Positions 1-13,903 of a stretch of 64,000 nt of DNA are shown piece after piece. A program made the translations under genes and the position numbers. The notes below the pieces were generated by a model. The model saw only the letters and a program-made list of their open reading frames with translations. It searched no databases and had not been told where the DNA came from. This stretch comes from Amoebidium appalachense (taxonomy: Eukaryota > Protista > Ichthyosporea): positions 3,100,001 to 3,164,000 of the forward strand of contig CAVNZM010000006.1 of the NCBI GenBank assembly GCA_963693365.1, written 5' to 3'. Positions within the stretch are counted from its first letter, which is position 1. Every line of letters starts with the position of its first letter.

Positions 1-633
1 TATGTAATGGACCCACCCTCCACATTTGGTAACATTTCTTGGGTCACTCGGTCAACCATGTGTGCCTTTCTGATGGCGTAGGTTGCCTTACAAAGCTGGA
101 ACAATAATAACCTCACAACCGGTTGTGCATATACACAGTCACGCACTTTCATCATAACACACGAGCAGGCAGACACACACATGCACAAGGCCGCATGCAT
201 GCACACACATTGGATCTCATGCATCAGGTGGGCATTGATTGAAAGCTAAACCACCACCCACAGGCTCGCATGCGTGCCCACACAAAAACATCGTATTAAC
301 ACACACACACACACACACACATACAAACACACACGCGCGCGCACACACACTCACACACGCAGTCGCGCGCATTCATACACACACACAAACAGACACACAC
401 AAGCACATGCACACAAATTCACATGCGTGCGAAGGCACACACGCACACACTCACACACGCACATGCACACACACATTCAATCGTTGTGGCACGTGCCACT
501 ACAGGCCGCACACATGCACACCCCCAAAGAGGGTGGGAGTGGGGACGAGAAAGGAAGTCTGTGAGGAAACACGCACTAACCCACCGAGCCACACACACCA
601 AGGGAAAAGACACGCACATGGCGCGTACAAGCG

Positions 634-675
<42 letters not shown>

Positions 676-756
676 GAAAACACACATCCCCGCAAATCCA
701 AAACCCACACACACGACACCACCTAACACATCATTCCCGCACGCACCGCCGTGCAG

Positions 757-1251
757 CAAGTACGGCTACCCCTACCTCATGTACAACGACAAGCCCTTCA
801 CGGAGTCCTTCAAGAGAGACGTGCAGGCGCAAGTGTCCACAAACATCACCTTTGTCACCCTGCCACAGGACCTGTGGGAGGTTCCTGACCACATCAACAT
901 GACGAAGGTATACTGGCAATGCTTGGAAGTGTGGTTGGGGCTGGAAGGGGGGGGGGGGGGGGGGGGGGAGGAGGGGGAGGGTTAATCAGACACTTGCCGA
1001 GCGAGGGGAAGGGGGCAGGGGGATCCGGAGGCAATGGGTAGGTCCGCATCAAAAACAGTCTTGAGGACCTCTGGGGAGGGGTGGGGGGAGGGGGGGGGGG
1101 GGGGGGGGGGCGCTAGTGGTAGCGGTGGCGTTGGTGGTGATGGCCGAGGCAAGGGGGGGGGGGGGGGGGGGGGGAGGAGGGATGGCAATCGCTCTTCAGA
1201 AAAACTCACTAATATGTATGACTACACTATAATGACACACAGGAGTAGCAA

Positions 1252-1282
<31 letters not shown>

Positions 1283-3777
1283 ATTGAAAGGAAAGAGGGA
1301 GGTGGGGGTTAAAACGAGATTTGAAGGAAGGGCCAAGGTGAGGGACATACAAGGGGGGAGGCTAGGGGTTTTTTGTTTAGTTCAGTCCTTTCAGTCCCCC
1401 CTTCTCCCTCCCTGTCACCCCCTCCCCCGGCTATCCGCCCATTTGGTACTAATACAACCCGCTGGCAACTGCCCAACCACATGCAAGTTTGGGGTTTTAA
1501 CGTTTGGCTCTGATTGGCAGACGACGGAGGCCATGGCACGTATGGAGAGGGAGCACGTGATCTACGGGGGCAGTCTCTCCTATCGCAAAATGTGCAGGTA
1601 GGGTGTCTGTGCTGTCTCCGCTCATTCCTTCTTTCATTTCTTTTTTTGCACTGTCCATTTGCTTCTGCAACCCATCCCAAGACCTTTTCTGTGTTATCCG
1701 TATGTACTTTCTACTACTTTGCTGGATACACCTCTGTCCCCTCTTTGTGGTTCACTAGGTACTGCATTCTACACACCCTTCCTCTCTCTCTCGCTTCCCT
1801 CTCCTTCCCTCCCGGGGGTTCCCTGCCGCTCCCATCTAGCACTTCCATCCACCAACCACACCACTACCTCTTCTCTTCCCGTCCCCCCGCCCCACCCCAT
1901 TCCCACCCCACCTCCCCCCCTCCCCCCCCCCCCCCCCCCCCCTCCCCCTTTGTCCTCCCCCCTTTTCTCCCCCCATCCCCTGTTATTCGTCGTGAATGTG
2001 CACTTCGCACTCTATACCATATCCTAACCCCCCCATCCTCCATCCCCTTATTCTCTTAACCACTCTCTCGCCCACACATTCCCACCACGCAGGTTTTTCA
2101 GCGGTACCCTCTTCCAGCACCCCGAGATCCAGAAGTACGACTACTACTGGCGGCTGGACAGTTCCAACGTCAAGTTTCACTGCGACATGGAGTTTGACCC
2201 ATTTGTGCTGATGCAGGAGAGAGACCTGGTCTATGGGTTCACCATTGCACTGCATGAGTACTATGCAACGGTCCCGACACTGTGGAAGACAACGGCAAGG
2301 TGGGTGGGAAAGAAAGAAACGCTATTAAGAAAAGGGTTAGAGAAGAACAAGAACAGTGGAAAGAACACACAGAGATAGTGGTAGAAAGACACAAAAACGT
2401 TGTCAGGAACATACAAGCAAGGTGTTAGAAACACACCAGAACAGCGTCAGAAACACACGGAAACACACAAAAGGAAGCACACAAAACAGTGGCAGGCATT
2501 GCACATGCGCACGTGTAGATTGCACATTTACGAACAAGCACACACATACCAACCACAGGTGCATGGGGGCACGTACGTACGTACGAGCGCACACACATGT
2601 GGACATATGTAGACCCACCTACCATACACAACATATCTGCAAGCGCTACACATGCGTATCTCATCCCCTACCCCCCCCCACCCCCCCCCCATGCAATCAG
2701 AAACATGCGCTCACCCTGAGGAAGTGTGTCTACTTGTGCCATACACAACTTATGTGGGTGCCCCACATTACATATCTGCATAAATTGGTCTTTTTTGACC
2801 TTCCTGGGGGTTTTATACTGAATTTCGACCCCTCCCCCCTTCCCCCCTTCCCCTCCCCCCCCGTCCCCCCCTCTGCCCCCGCACCCCACCAGCTACATGA
2901 AGGAAAAGAACCCCCCCGCCTCGTGGATGAACTACTTCACTGATGATGGGAAATCTTACAACGGCCATCATTTCTGGTATACACCCCCCTCACCACCCCA
3001 AACTGCTACACCCCCGCACGGCACCCCTCTCCCTCCTCTTCCCCTTCACTACCATCCCCCCCCCCCCCCCCCCCCCCCTCTTTTAGTCCCCCACCTCCCC
3101 ATTGTACACCATGTATTCTGATTCTAATAAGGTCACTCCCCCCCCCCCCTTCCCCCCCCCTCCCTGCCCTTCCCCTCCTTTCTTTCCTGTTTGTAGCCTC
3201 TTGGGTCCTACCCTTGCAGCCCGTCCTCTCCCCCCCCCCCCCTCCCCCCTCCCCCTTCTCCCCTCTCCCGCCACCTACTCGTTCACCCCCCCCCCACCCC
3301 CATCCCCCCCTTTTATCATTTGTGCTCTACCTTTACCCCTTGCCCCCTCAATACCCACTAACTTCGATACGCTCCTTGGTGCCTTTGCCTAGACCTTTTC
3401 ATCCCGTTCACCCCCCCTCCCCCCCCCCCCCCCCCCCCCCCCCACCCCTCCAACTCCCCCCCCCCTCCCCCCCCCCCCTCCCCCCCCCCCCCCCCCTCCC
3501 CCCCCTCCCCCTCCCCCATGCACACACACACTCACTCACTGGCCCAACCCCCCAGGAGCAACTTTGAGATTGGCAGCGTCAATTTTTTTGCCGGTGACCA
3601 ATACCAGGACTACTTTAAATATCTCGACCAATCAGGCGGCTTCTTTTATGAACGCTGGGGAGATGCCCCCGTCCACTCTCTGGGTGTTGGTCTGTTTGCT
3701 CGTAAGGATCAGGTGGCCTACCTCTACCCACAACAACACACACACAAGTGCGCACGGATACACACACGCATACAGAT

Positions 3778-3809
<32 letters not shown>

Positions 3810-3904
3810 ACACACATCCGGGCACACACACACTTACATACAAACACACCTGCAAGCACAAACACACACACCCGGGCACACAAATGCTTGCATACATGTG
3901 CACG

Positions 3905-3946
<42 letters not shown>

Positions 3947-5289
3947 CACACACAGACACGATCCTGGATGCTCTTTCCCTCCCCCAGCCTTCCCTGTGGG
4001 GTTGGACTCAGTGTACGACCGGCTCACATGTCCTGTCTACACTCTCTTAGATGTGACGTCATTCTTTTTAAAATGGTCGTTTAAGTGAATTTCTATCAGT
4101 TCACTATATTTTCGACATTTCGGATGTTTTCCCAAGAATACTGAAGACTTTATACCACGCAGGTGCACTGGTTCAACGAGATAGGCTACACGCATGCCCC
4201 CCTTCTCCCACTGCCCCGTGCAGCCAGAGGCTCGTGCACGCTGTGACTGCCAGGCTGCCAACCAGGCAGACCACATCTGTACATGCCCCCCCCCCCTCCC
4301 CCCCCCCTCCCCCCCCCCCCCCCCTTCCCACTCTCACACACACCCTCCTCTTTTGCCCTCCCCCCCCCCCCCCCCCACGACCACATCTGTACATCCATCC
4401 CCCCTTCCCCCCCTCCCCCCACACACACACACGCTCCTCCTTTCCCCCCTCCCCTCCCCCCCCACGTGCACACACACTGACACGTACATCCACCCCTTTA
4501 CCTCCCCCTGCTACGGCCCCCTCCCCTCTCCCCCCCTCCCCCCCCCGCCCCCCCCTCCCCCGAGAGCCATCCTTCCCCCCCTTCCCCCCACCTTTCCTCC
4601 TCCCTTAGGAAGCCAATTACTTCTGCCGCATTGATTTTTGTGTGTGCATTACGGTTATCCATTTTGAGCAGAGTGTGTGTAGAAATTCGACACTGTGCTA
4701 CATTCTACCCTCCCCTCCCCCTTTGCGCCCCTATTCTCACCCATCAACCCATCACCCCCCAACCCCCCTCCCCTTCATCCCCCACGACCCCTGCTCCCCC
4801 CCCCCCCCCCCCCCCCCCCCACACACACACACCCTCCCATCGCTCAGTACACTGTCGCTCCCCCCCCCCCCCCCCCCCCCCCCCGGGGGTCCACCAGCTC
4901 CTTCCCCAGCCCACCCCTTCCCCGTCCTTCCCCCCGCCCCCTCCTTTCTCTCTCCCTCTCTCTCTCCCTCCCCCCTTCCTCACCACCGCCACCATCCCCA
5001 CAGCTTTCAGTTCACTATACGACTTTCTTGCACTTGAGCCACGTACCGTAGAGCAGCAAGTGAACGAATACATCAACACGACAAGGGAGACGTACAAGAA
5101 GATGCTAGCACCCACTAGAAGAATCTGCCCTGCACAAATCGATGTAACCCCCCCCCCCCCCCCCCCCCTCTCCCCCCACGGCGCATTCTGTTTTAGGTCG
5201 CGAATGTGTACTTCATACTCTGTAAGACATCCTAAACCTGCTCCTTCCCCTCCGCTGTTTCGATGCCCAGCCCCATTCCCTCTGTTCCC

Positions 5290-5328
<39 letters not shown>

Positions 5329-6939
5329 TTTTCCAACCTCCTGCTTGTGAGCTCTGCTTACATAAGTAGCCTACTGCTCGGTCCCGATCAAGACGGGCAA
5401 CCTACCTATGTTCAAGCGAAGCGTTATCTGAGCTGGGGCCTACTTGACGAGGTGAATGGGCAGAAACTCGGGTACTGTACTACTGTGGAGGATACCTTGG
5501 GGGCCTCCCTGAGGATGGGCTCTGCTTATTATGGGTACTGTTTGTGTGTGACCGGCACACGTTACAATGTGTTGTCCGTAATCCATCTTTACCTCGTACT
5601 CTGTAATGTACTCTATGCCGCATTCTCGACCCCCCCTCCCCCACCTATCCACCCACCCACCCTTCTCCTCCTTCTCCAGGCCCTCAGGGGTGCTACCGGA
5701 TACATTTCTAACTCCTTGGATTTTTCAATGCAGACACAAGAGGGGGGTCATTGGCGAATGTGCAAAAGCCCCCCCTCCAGCACCCGTGTGTGGTGTATTC
5801 GTTTGGCACCAAGGGGGGTGAGATGCTGACGTCATTCGAGCAGGCGGCGGCCAAAAAGGGGTGCGAGGTGCACGTGTTTAACCAGGTATGTGTGGAATGC
5901 AGGAACGGCATGTGTGTAATGTGATAATGGTATGTGTGGAATGCGGTGATGTGTATGATAACAATGCTAAAGAAATAAAGCTGTTGGAAGTACCTTATTA
6001 GACAGGGAGAAGGGGACGGAGGGGGTGGGGGAGGGGGGGGGGGAGTTCAAACGATAACAAACCACACACATTACTACACGTGGTCCCCCTCCCCCCCTCC
6101 CCACCCTCTCCCTCCCCCACACACAGCCACTTTCCCACCCACCCATGAATTCTCGTGTCCCCAACAACAAAACTTCTACAAATCCCCCCCCCCCCCCCCC
6201 CCCCCCCCCCGAGTCCCTCCCTCCCCCCCCCCCCCCCCCCTCCCCCCCACAAAAAAAAACACATCAAACTTGTCTAAAAAAACATCTTATTCAGATAGAT
6301 TCATTCTGTGTGGAACCTCCCCACCCCCAGACTAGTCTGCCCATTTTTTGCTAATCGTCCATTGTTTAACACATCTTCATTAATCACATACACACACAGA
6401 CACACGCACGCACACACACACCCATCCATCCCCCCCCCCCCCCCCCCCCCCCCCCTGCGTCCCCCCAACCCACCCACCCACCCACCCTCGCCCCCACCCC
6501 CCACCCCCATCTCCCCCCCCCCCCCCACACACACACACACCCATACACCCCCCTACCCCCACCCCTCCACACACACACACACACATACCTACCCCCCTCC
6601 CCCCACTCCACACACACACACACACATACCCACCCCCCTCCCCCCACCCCACACACACAGTTTGGGCGTGCCGACCAATACATACAGATCAACACGATGC
6701 TGAGTCGCATGAATGCATACGGCCTGCAACTGCACCACTATACTCTCAGTGAAACGGATGGGGACGGGCAGAGGTGGCACGAAGAGAGTCATATGGCGCT
6801 GAGTGACAGAAGGTGTGTATGTGTGTGTGTGTGTCTGGGAGGGGGGGGGGGGGGGGGTGGAGGTTATGTGTGTGTGTGTGGGTGTGTGCGTGTGTGTCTG
6901 GGAGAGAGATGGGGGAGAGGGGGGGGGGGGGTGGAGGTG

Positions 6940-6972
<33 letters not shown>

Positions 6973-7864
6973 AACGGTGTGTGGGTGGTGGTCGGGAGGT
7001 GGTGATGATTGGTAGGGGGGCAGGAGGGGAGGAGGGGAGGGGTACGGCAGGAGGGGAGGAGGGGAGGGGTACGTTACCATGCTTGCATTTTCCAAAAAAA
7101 AACCCAATGCATGCAATCAGTTTTAGAAAATCACACATCCATCCCCTCCCCATCCTGCCCCCCCCTCCCCCCCCCCCCCCCCTTCTCCCCTCCCCCACAC
7201 CTCCCCCCTCCCCTCGGACACACACACACACACAGACTTTCGACGATCCGCAAGATGTTTGGACACGATCGGACCATAATCGATGCGATCAAGATCGATC
7301 TGGAGGGGGAGGAATGGCCCGTATTGGCCGAAATGATTCAATCGGGCACACTAGCCACGGTCAACCAGGTGCTTGTGGAGTTGCACTTCAAGTCGAACAA
7401 ACTGTGGAAATACTTCCAACACATTCCAATGGTAAACATCATCCCCCCATTCCCATCAACCCCCCTCCCCCTTATTCTTCCCCTCCCCGCTCCCTCCTCC
7501 CCCTGCCTCCCCCCTTGCACACACACACACAAACACACACACACACACACACAAGCCCCTTACCCCCCTCCGGTTCTCGTACTTAATGCACACACACACA
7601 CACACACACACATGCCTTTTCTTGAGACACCAACACACACTGTGGCAGGCCTGGTCTTTCCTTGAGAATGGGCTCATGGCATGATGTATACACTTTGTGT
7701 ATCGCAAGATTTGGGTGGGGTAGTCCGGCATGCATGGGCACTTCATACTAACACATTATAACCTCCCTCCCCCCCCTCCCCACCCCCCACCCCCAGCACA
7801 CACACACCCAAACACATACGCATGCACATACACACACGTGCATATACACACACACACACACACA

Positions 7865-7950
<86 letters not shown>

Positions 7951-8102
7951 TCTTTGAGGGTCTGAGGGCACAGGGCTTTGTTGTTGGCAGCCACAGTCTC
8001 AACCCATCGTCTCAAATTCAGCCAATTGGAACACGGCACATGCCCTGCTGTGTCAAGGTCACCTTCCGTAGAAGAAAAACGGCCGTCCTTCCACAAGAAT
8101 GA
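757..8102 (+). CDS. GT15 (KRE2/KTR-like) alpha-1,2-mannosyltransferase fused to a C-terminal METTL24/Methyltransf_22-like domain; 5' end lies before the window
   Basis: Exons 757-907, 1521-1597, 2093-2299, 2893-2976, 3556-3712, 4163-4278, (possible micro-exon ~4609-4640), 5004-5143, 5680-5885, 6661-6812, 7236-7431, 7950-8102 (TGA). GT15 motifs [47 protein letters not shown]; methyltransferase motifs [34 protein letters not shown]. Two homopolymer frameshifts (~4200, ~5772) must be corrected. Confidence 0.85.
5361..5627 (+). mobile_element. Dispersed repeat family X, long copy (intron of gene 1)
   Basis: Aligns by eye with 42325-42562 (CATAAGTA..CTGCTCG..GATCAAGACGGG..GACGAGGTGAATGGG..GAAACTCGGGTACTGT..CCCTGAGGATGGGCTCTGCTTATTATG..GCATTC) and is followed by a C-run. 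Confidence 0.8.
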
Positions 8103-8764
8103 TATAACCCCCCCCCCCCCCCCCCCCCCACCCACCCCCGCACACACACACACACATAGAGAGAGAGAGACCACCACCACCACCACCACCACAGCACACA
8201 CACACGAACAGAGAGGGTGTAAGAGAGAGAGAGAGATACACGCCCATGATTGCCACACGACACCCACAAACCTCACTAACCTTGTACCGTTTAATGTTTT
8301 TTTTTTACTTTTTTAAGATTTAGGATTTTGTTATTGTCGTTCTGCTTTGCCGTTTTCACCTTTTCCGCACAAGCCATGCCTCGAGACATACAGATGCACA
8401 CAGGCACACTGCAACACCTCCCCGTTGCCTTCATCCTTTTGTGATAAAGAGCAGGTTAAACACGCTAAGTGAACGATTTTGAAGCTAAACACTAGATGTC
8501 ATAGGCTAGTTGGGGATGTTTTAACACCCTGTATTTAAAAAAGAATAGGTGCATAGCCCACCTTGGCTGAGCCGCTAGAGAGGATTGAAAAGTTAGTTCG
8601 CTAAATGAGAGGTATAGCCATAATGACTCATGTTTTTTTATGAAGACGAAATTTCTTCTGCAGGGGCTGTATTTGCTGCAGGCAGGCAGGCATATGGTGC
8701 AGCCCGTTAGCTAAACCATTAAATAATCTTAGTCAATAAATGTGTATGTACATTGTCGGTCATT

Positions 8765-8870
8765 CCCCCGATGGGCTCTGCTTATTATGCATACTCTTTA
8801 TGTATGGCTTGCATTCTGCATCGTGTTATCCGTTTGTTCTTGTGTACTTCGTACTTTATGACGCATTCAA
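8765..8870 (+). mobile_element. Dispersed repeat family X, short copy (intergenic)
   Basis: GATGGGCTCTGCTTATTATGCATACTCTTTATGTATGG...GACGCATTCAA followed by a long poly(C); nearly identical to 37653-37777 and 46700-46820. Confidence 0.85.
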
Positions 8871-8872
8871 CC

Positions 8873-8923
<51 letters not shown>

Positions 8924-9872
8924 CCACCCACCCCCCAACCACCACCAAAACACACACACACACACAACCACAAACCACCCACCCACCACCACCATCATGG
9001 CCACCACTACCACCCCACTTTTCTTTTCGGAAAGGGAGGCTTGGGGGGGGGGGGGGGGGGGGGGGGGGAATGAGAAGGAGGGGGGATGAGGGGGGGGGGG
9101 GGGGAGGGGGGTGAGAATTATTCCACCCAGCACCTCACACATCAACTCTTGCCCCATATATATTCAACCGCATCATTCAGTCATAACGGGGGCCGCAATA
9201 GTGTCACTCTGAGTGCTGCCTCCCTGCGGCCTCTCTAACATACCTTGTATCTGTCCCGCTGCGTAGTATGGCCCGACCCGGCCCGGCCCGATGTCAGCTA
9301 GCGGGTACATAGCCTTGGGCCGCAATATCGTGTAGGATCTCGTTAGCTGTCTCGAAAGGCTCCTGATATCAAGTTGCCCTGGCCTGCGCTTCATGGAACA
9401 CCTTGCTCTAGCTCAGTTGAACGGGGGATATGCCTCCAAACATAGGACTCGGGGGTGCATGTGTGTTTTATGTTTTATGTTTTTTTTGTTTTTTTTGGGC
9501 CGGGGGGAGGGGGGGGTGGATATCGTACGTGTGTGTGTGTGTGTGTGTCTGCGCGCGCACGTGTGTATAGGTGTGTGTGCGTGTGTGTGTGTGGTGTGTT
9601 GGGCGAGCGGGCCGACGGACGTGGGGGGATGGGGGGGGGGGGGGGGGGGGGGGGCAGTCAAAGCCCTACCAATGTATCAGGCTTTCTTGTCTGTTTTTGA
9701 ATTAATAATAGTGTGCATTACAAAGGCCATGGACCAGTGTGATCGAATGAACAAGAACAGGCAGCGATAGCAGAGGTAGCAGAGAAGTACCTCATGCACA
9801 TATGGCTGCTCAAATCTAATTGTTGGCCCGTGACGAGTGATGTGCCAGGCAATACACCCGCACCAAGCATAT

Positions 9873-9906
<34 letters not shown>

Positions 9907-10070
9907 AGGGGGGGGGCAGCAGAAGGGGGAAATATATTTCGAAGGATATCCATAGACGGGTAAAAGGTCATTTACAAGCCACACAGTGGCAACATGTAGT
10001 ATAGCCACTCAAGGGTCACTACTACTACTACACAAAACAACAATTTATAAAAAGCATCATTCACCTAAAT

Positions 10071-12576
10071 CTAGCACTGGCGTGGTCCGCAAATTGCCGC
10101 ACCATTATCGCACATACACGAGCGGCACCCACTCTCCATCGTGTACACATCACCGCTTTCAGCCAAAGCGGTAGAGCTAATGCGACACATACCATATCCG
10201 GGCCTCCTGAGGGGAACACATGCTTGCAAGCACTCCACCTGTCCGTTAGCATTGCATGTACACGTTACACACTCGTTCAGTGCAAGAAGTGAATCCTGCT
10301 GGAATCTGTAGCCGCTCAGCGTGCACGTGGCGGGAACGGGAGGAGGGTTGGTGGTGGTTGAGGCCTCGGTTGTCGTTGTGGTAGGTGTGGGTGTTGTTGT
10401 TGTTGTGGTGGTGGTGATGGTGGTGGTAGTGGTGGTGGGTGGCGGTGTTGTGGTGGTGGTGGGTGGAAGTGTTGTTGTTGTGGCGGTGGTTGGTTGAGGG
10501 GTATTAGTAGTTGGAGGGCAGGAGCCGGACGGACGACACACAGCAACCCCATTCTGACAAATACATGTGGTGCACCCATTATCGATGTTCATAGAATATC
10601 CATCGAGGAGGCTCGTGGAATTATCCAATCGGCACGACCCGTTCGGGAGGGCGGGTGGAGGCACACACCCGCCTGTACACAGTGGTTTGCCATTGTCACA
10701 ACGGCACGTGAAGCATGGGTTAAAAATAGCCCACTGTCCTGAAAGGATGGAGATGTCGCGTACGTTGCATGCTCCCGGTGGAAGGGGATTGGCCGTGTTG
10801 GTGGTGGGAACACTTGTGGTAGTGGTGGTGGTAGGAATAGGCGTGGTGGTGGTGGTGGTGGTGGTGGTGGTTGCTGTTGGTGTTGTTGTTTTTGTGGTGG
10901 TTGTGGTAGGAATAGGCGTGGTGGTGGTGGTGGTGGTGGTCGTTGTAGGGGTAGGCTTGGTGGCGATGGCGGTGGTGGTAGTGGTTGTTGTGGTGGTGGT
11001 GGTGGTAGGAACAGGTTTGACATTGGTGGTGGGGACGCAGAAACCGGACGGAACACACTTTGCCCTTCCACTGTAGCACGTACACACCGAGCAACCGTTA
11101 TCGTAGTAGATGCTCATCAGACTGTCGATTACTGTCTGTGCGTCCAATCGGCAACCCCCATTAGCCGGGGCAGGAAGAGGGTTGGGGCATGCCCCTGTAC
11201 ATTGTGCATCCACGCCATCACATGCGCACATGTAGCATTCACTCATGATGAGCTTCTCACCCGGACGCAGACCTACACCGTTCACGACACACACACCAGG
11301 GACAGGTGCGGGAGAAGATGTGGGTGCGGGGGTAGGAGTCGGTGTAGGGACGGGCGTGATGGTTGGTGCCTGTGTAAGCGTTTCGCACGTTCCGAAGTTT
11401 CCACACAAGGCCGTCCCGTTTTGACATTTGCAAACGGTGCAGTCTCCCTCCACCACCGAATGCCCATTTATGGCAATTGTTTGGAAATCAATACGACAGT
11501 TGCCCGAGGGAGGAGCCGGCATGGGTTCACAATCGGCCGCAGTTTCGCACGTGGTTACCCCATTTACGCAGAAGCACTGCTCGCACTCGTTGAAAATCAC
11601 CTTGCCCATATTGCCGACCGTGAATCCTCGAACACTGCAAGCCCCGTTGGGGAGAGGTGCAACGGTTGGGGTCAGTGTCGTGATGGTTTTGGCTGTGGTT
11701 TTGGTGCCGGTGTTTGTTGCCACTGGGCGGGTTGTTGTGGTTGGGCGTGCAGTTATTTTGGTAGTGGATGGCTGGGGTGCTGGTGCTACCATAGTAGCGT
11801 TTGTCGGGGCAGTTGTGCATGTTTTAGGGCAGGAAATGGCCCCGTTTCTGCACCGGCACACACAGGCGCTGCCTTTCAAATTGATTCGGACTGCTTGGCC
11901 GTCGGTGAGTGTTCTGGTGCCCACCCGGCATGTTGTAGGCACACATTTCCCGACTACCAGCTTGGTCCCGGTACCACAACCTGAAGAGATGAGTGTTATT
12001 TTAGTAAGACGGATAATTGTGTGTTTGTGTAACAGTAACAGCGCTCTCATACACGCTGCACTGTCCTATTAAAAAAGAATGTTGTTCTTTTTAGTCTAGA
12101 ATCTGGTGATATTGTCTTAGCTCGTTTATTTCAAATCCCCTTGCTAGATTCCCCTTTGACAATCGAGCTTACACAAGCAAAGAACTGGTGCAAACTGAAG
12201 CGCAAACTCCAGAAACACGCATCGTAAGAATTTCAGGCCAGGTGTTAAAAAGAACTCGGCAGCCCCATCCAAACAACAGAGGTTCGACTTTCCCAACAGC
12301 AGGCCAGACCTTCACCAACTGCTAAAACGAGAGTCCAGCTGGCGGACTGTGCTATCGTCTCGTCAACACCCGAAAAAGTTAGGTCCTCATACTCGACACT
12401 AACGTGCATAGAGCCGCCATACATAATGAAGCATCAAACACTTTTCAAAAAGTGGACCTTTCTTCTTTGCAGAGCTAAGCCTTAAGCCCAAATGTTGGTT
12501 ATTGAACAAACTTACCTTGGGGTGCGCCCAGCACGGCCGCAGCAAGCAACGGCACGAACAGCGTCGCTTTGAACAT
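10071..12576 (-). CDS. Secreted Cys-rich/mucin-like protein with nine VWC-like (half-VWC) modules
   Basis: Exon 1 12576-12516 encodes signal peptide MFKATLFVPLLAAAVLGAPQ with a GTAAG donor; it is phase-compatible with the TTCAG acceptor before 11980; exon 2 runs to TAG at 10071. Repeats of C-x(17-20)-CxxCxC-xxG-xxx-C are separated by Thr/Pro-rich linkers. Confidence 0.85.
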
Positions 12577-13428
12577 TGTACCCGCGTTCTTCTTGCTATA
12601 ACTAAATGCGCATGTAGGCCAGGGAGAGTCGGACAGAGTGACCTGCGCTTCTTCGAAATTTGCCGAGCAAGGCAGCTTTTCTATAGCTATGGGAAGTTCA
12701 AAAGTGCCAGGCGGACATATGATTGGTGCATTTTATTGCCTCGAATGTATAAGCGCATAACTATTGGTTGCCTGGGCGGCGGAATGATTTGAATTTTTTG
12801 CTCTTGCTTGTGACTGGTGTAAGCGAGCAACGTGCGAGCAACGGGCCTTGCGGAAAGATAAAGAACGGGCGGTCACGGTTTGAACAGAAGGCAACAGAAG
12901 GCCAAACACACACACCTTCCCCGCAAATTGAATACATACGCGGTATTATACTGCAAACATGACGCCGTGCACGCACGCAAGTGGTGGGGGGGTAGCCTCG
13001 TATTACCTCGGTCAAATTTGCAATCGCATGGGCCCCAATGATTAGTGCTGCGGCGGGAATCAACTGCCTGTTTTGCCAGGGGACCCCTTGTTAACGTTGT
13101 GAGACTCACGTTGTCACCACCTTGACTTGACACCGTGGCCCGTGGGCCAAGCCGGAGGAAGACGGTGCCCGGAGAGGCTATTGCAGATCTTGGCCCGGAA
13201 CTACCACTGCTCGATCCACTGGATGGGTCGGATGAAAAACCTCTGTAGCGCACCATCGAGATGACGTCAGAGAGGCCAGTGCAGTTCGTGACGTCACGGC
13301 ATGTTCGCTACAACAGTCTCGTTCGTTCGAAGGAAAATAGGCGACTTTGGTGACTGTGGCAGCCCACACTACTACATCGATATAACAATGATCACACCTT
13401 CGATATAACAATGATCACAACTTCATGT

Positions 13429-13478
13429 GTGAAGACCACGGCCATCTAGAGGTGTTTCTAGATGGCCGTGGTGAAGAC
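13429..13478. mobile_element. DNA-transposon excision footprint (P-superfamily-like) with 8-bp TSD
   Basis: GTGAAGAC-[CACGGCCATCTAG AGGTGTTTCTAGATGGCCGTG]-GTGAAGAC; fused TIR stubs at 13437-13470. Confidence 0.8.
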
Positions 13479-13649
13479 TCATAGCTATGTATCTACTAAT
13501 AAAACAGAAAAGACGCAGTGGTGCGGTGCAAACCACCACGGTGACCTACTGTAGTCTTACATAGCCCTACCTCAATTGGGGTGTCCCACACGTTGAAATT
13601 AAACAGCGCCGAATGCAAGCTCATTAGACCGATATTGTTTTAGCACGGT

Positions 13650-13689
13650 GCGTGTCAGAGTGTGTGTGCGTGTATGTGTACACGCGTGT

Positions 13690-13758
<69 letters not shown>

Positions 13759-13813
13759 AGACGTGTGTGACGTGTGTGTGTGTACAGACGTGTGTGCGTG
13801 TATCTGTGTGTGC

Positions 13814-13903
<90 letters not shown>

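Noticed and set aside
9173-9455. Unique GC-rich stretch as an ncRNA or exon
   Set aside because: No RNase P/MRP, SRP or snRNA motif recognised, and no convincing coding frame.
12873-13256. 127-aa minus-strand ORF
   Set aside because: No recognisable domain or splice partner; it lies in the upstream region of the VWC gene.
13437-13470. Palindromes as hAT elements, operators or XbaI cloning linkers
   Set aside because: CACGG does not fit the hAT YARNG end, and hAT excision does not leave TIR stubs. Variable junctions, TSDs and an empty paralog argue against a linker or binding site.
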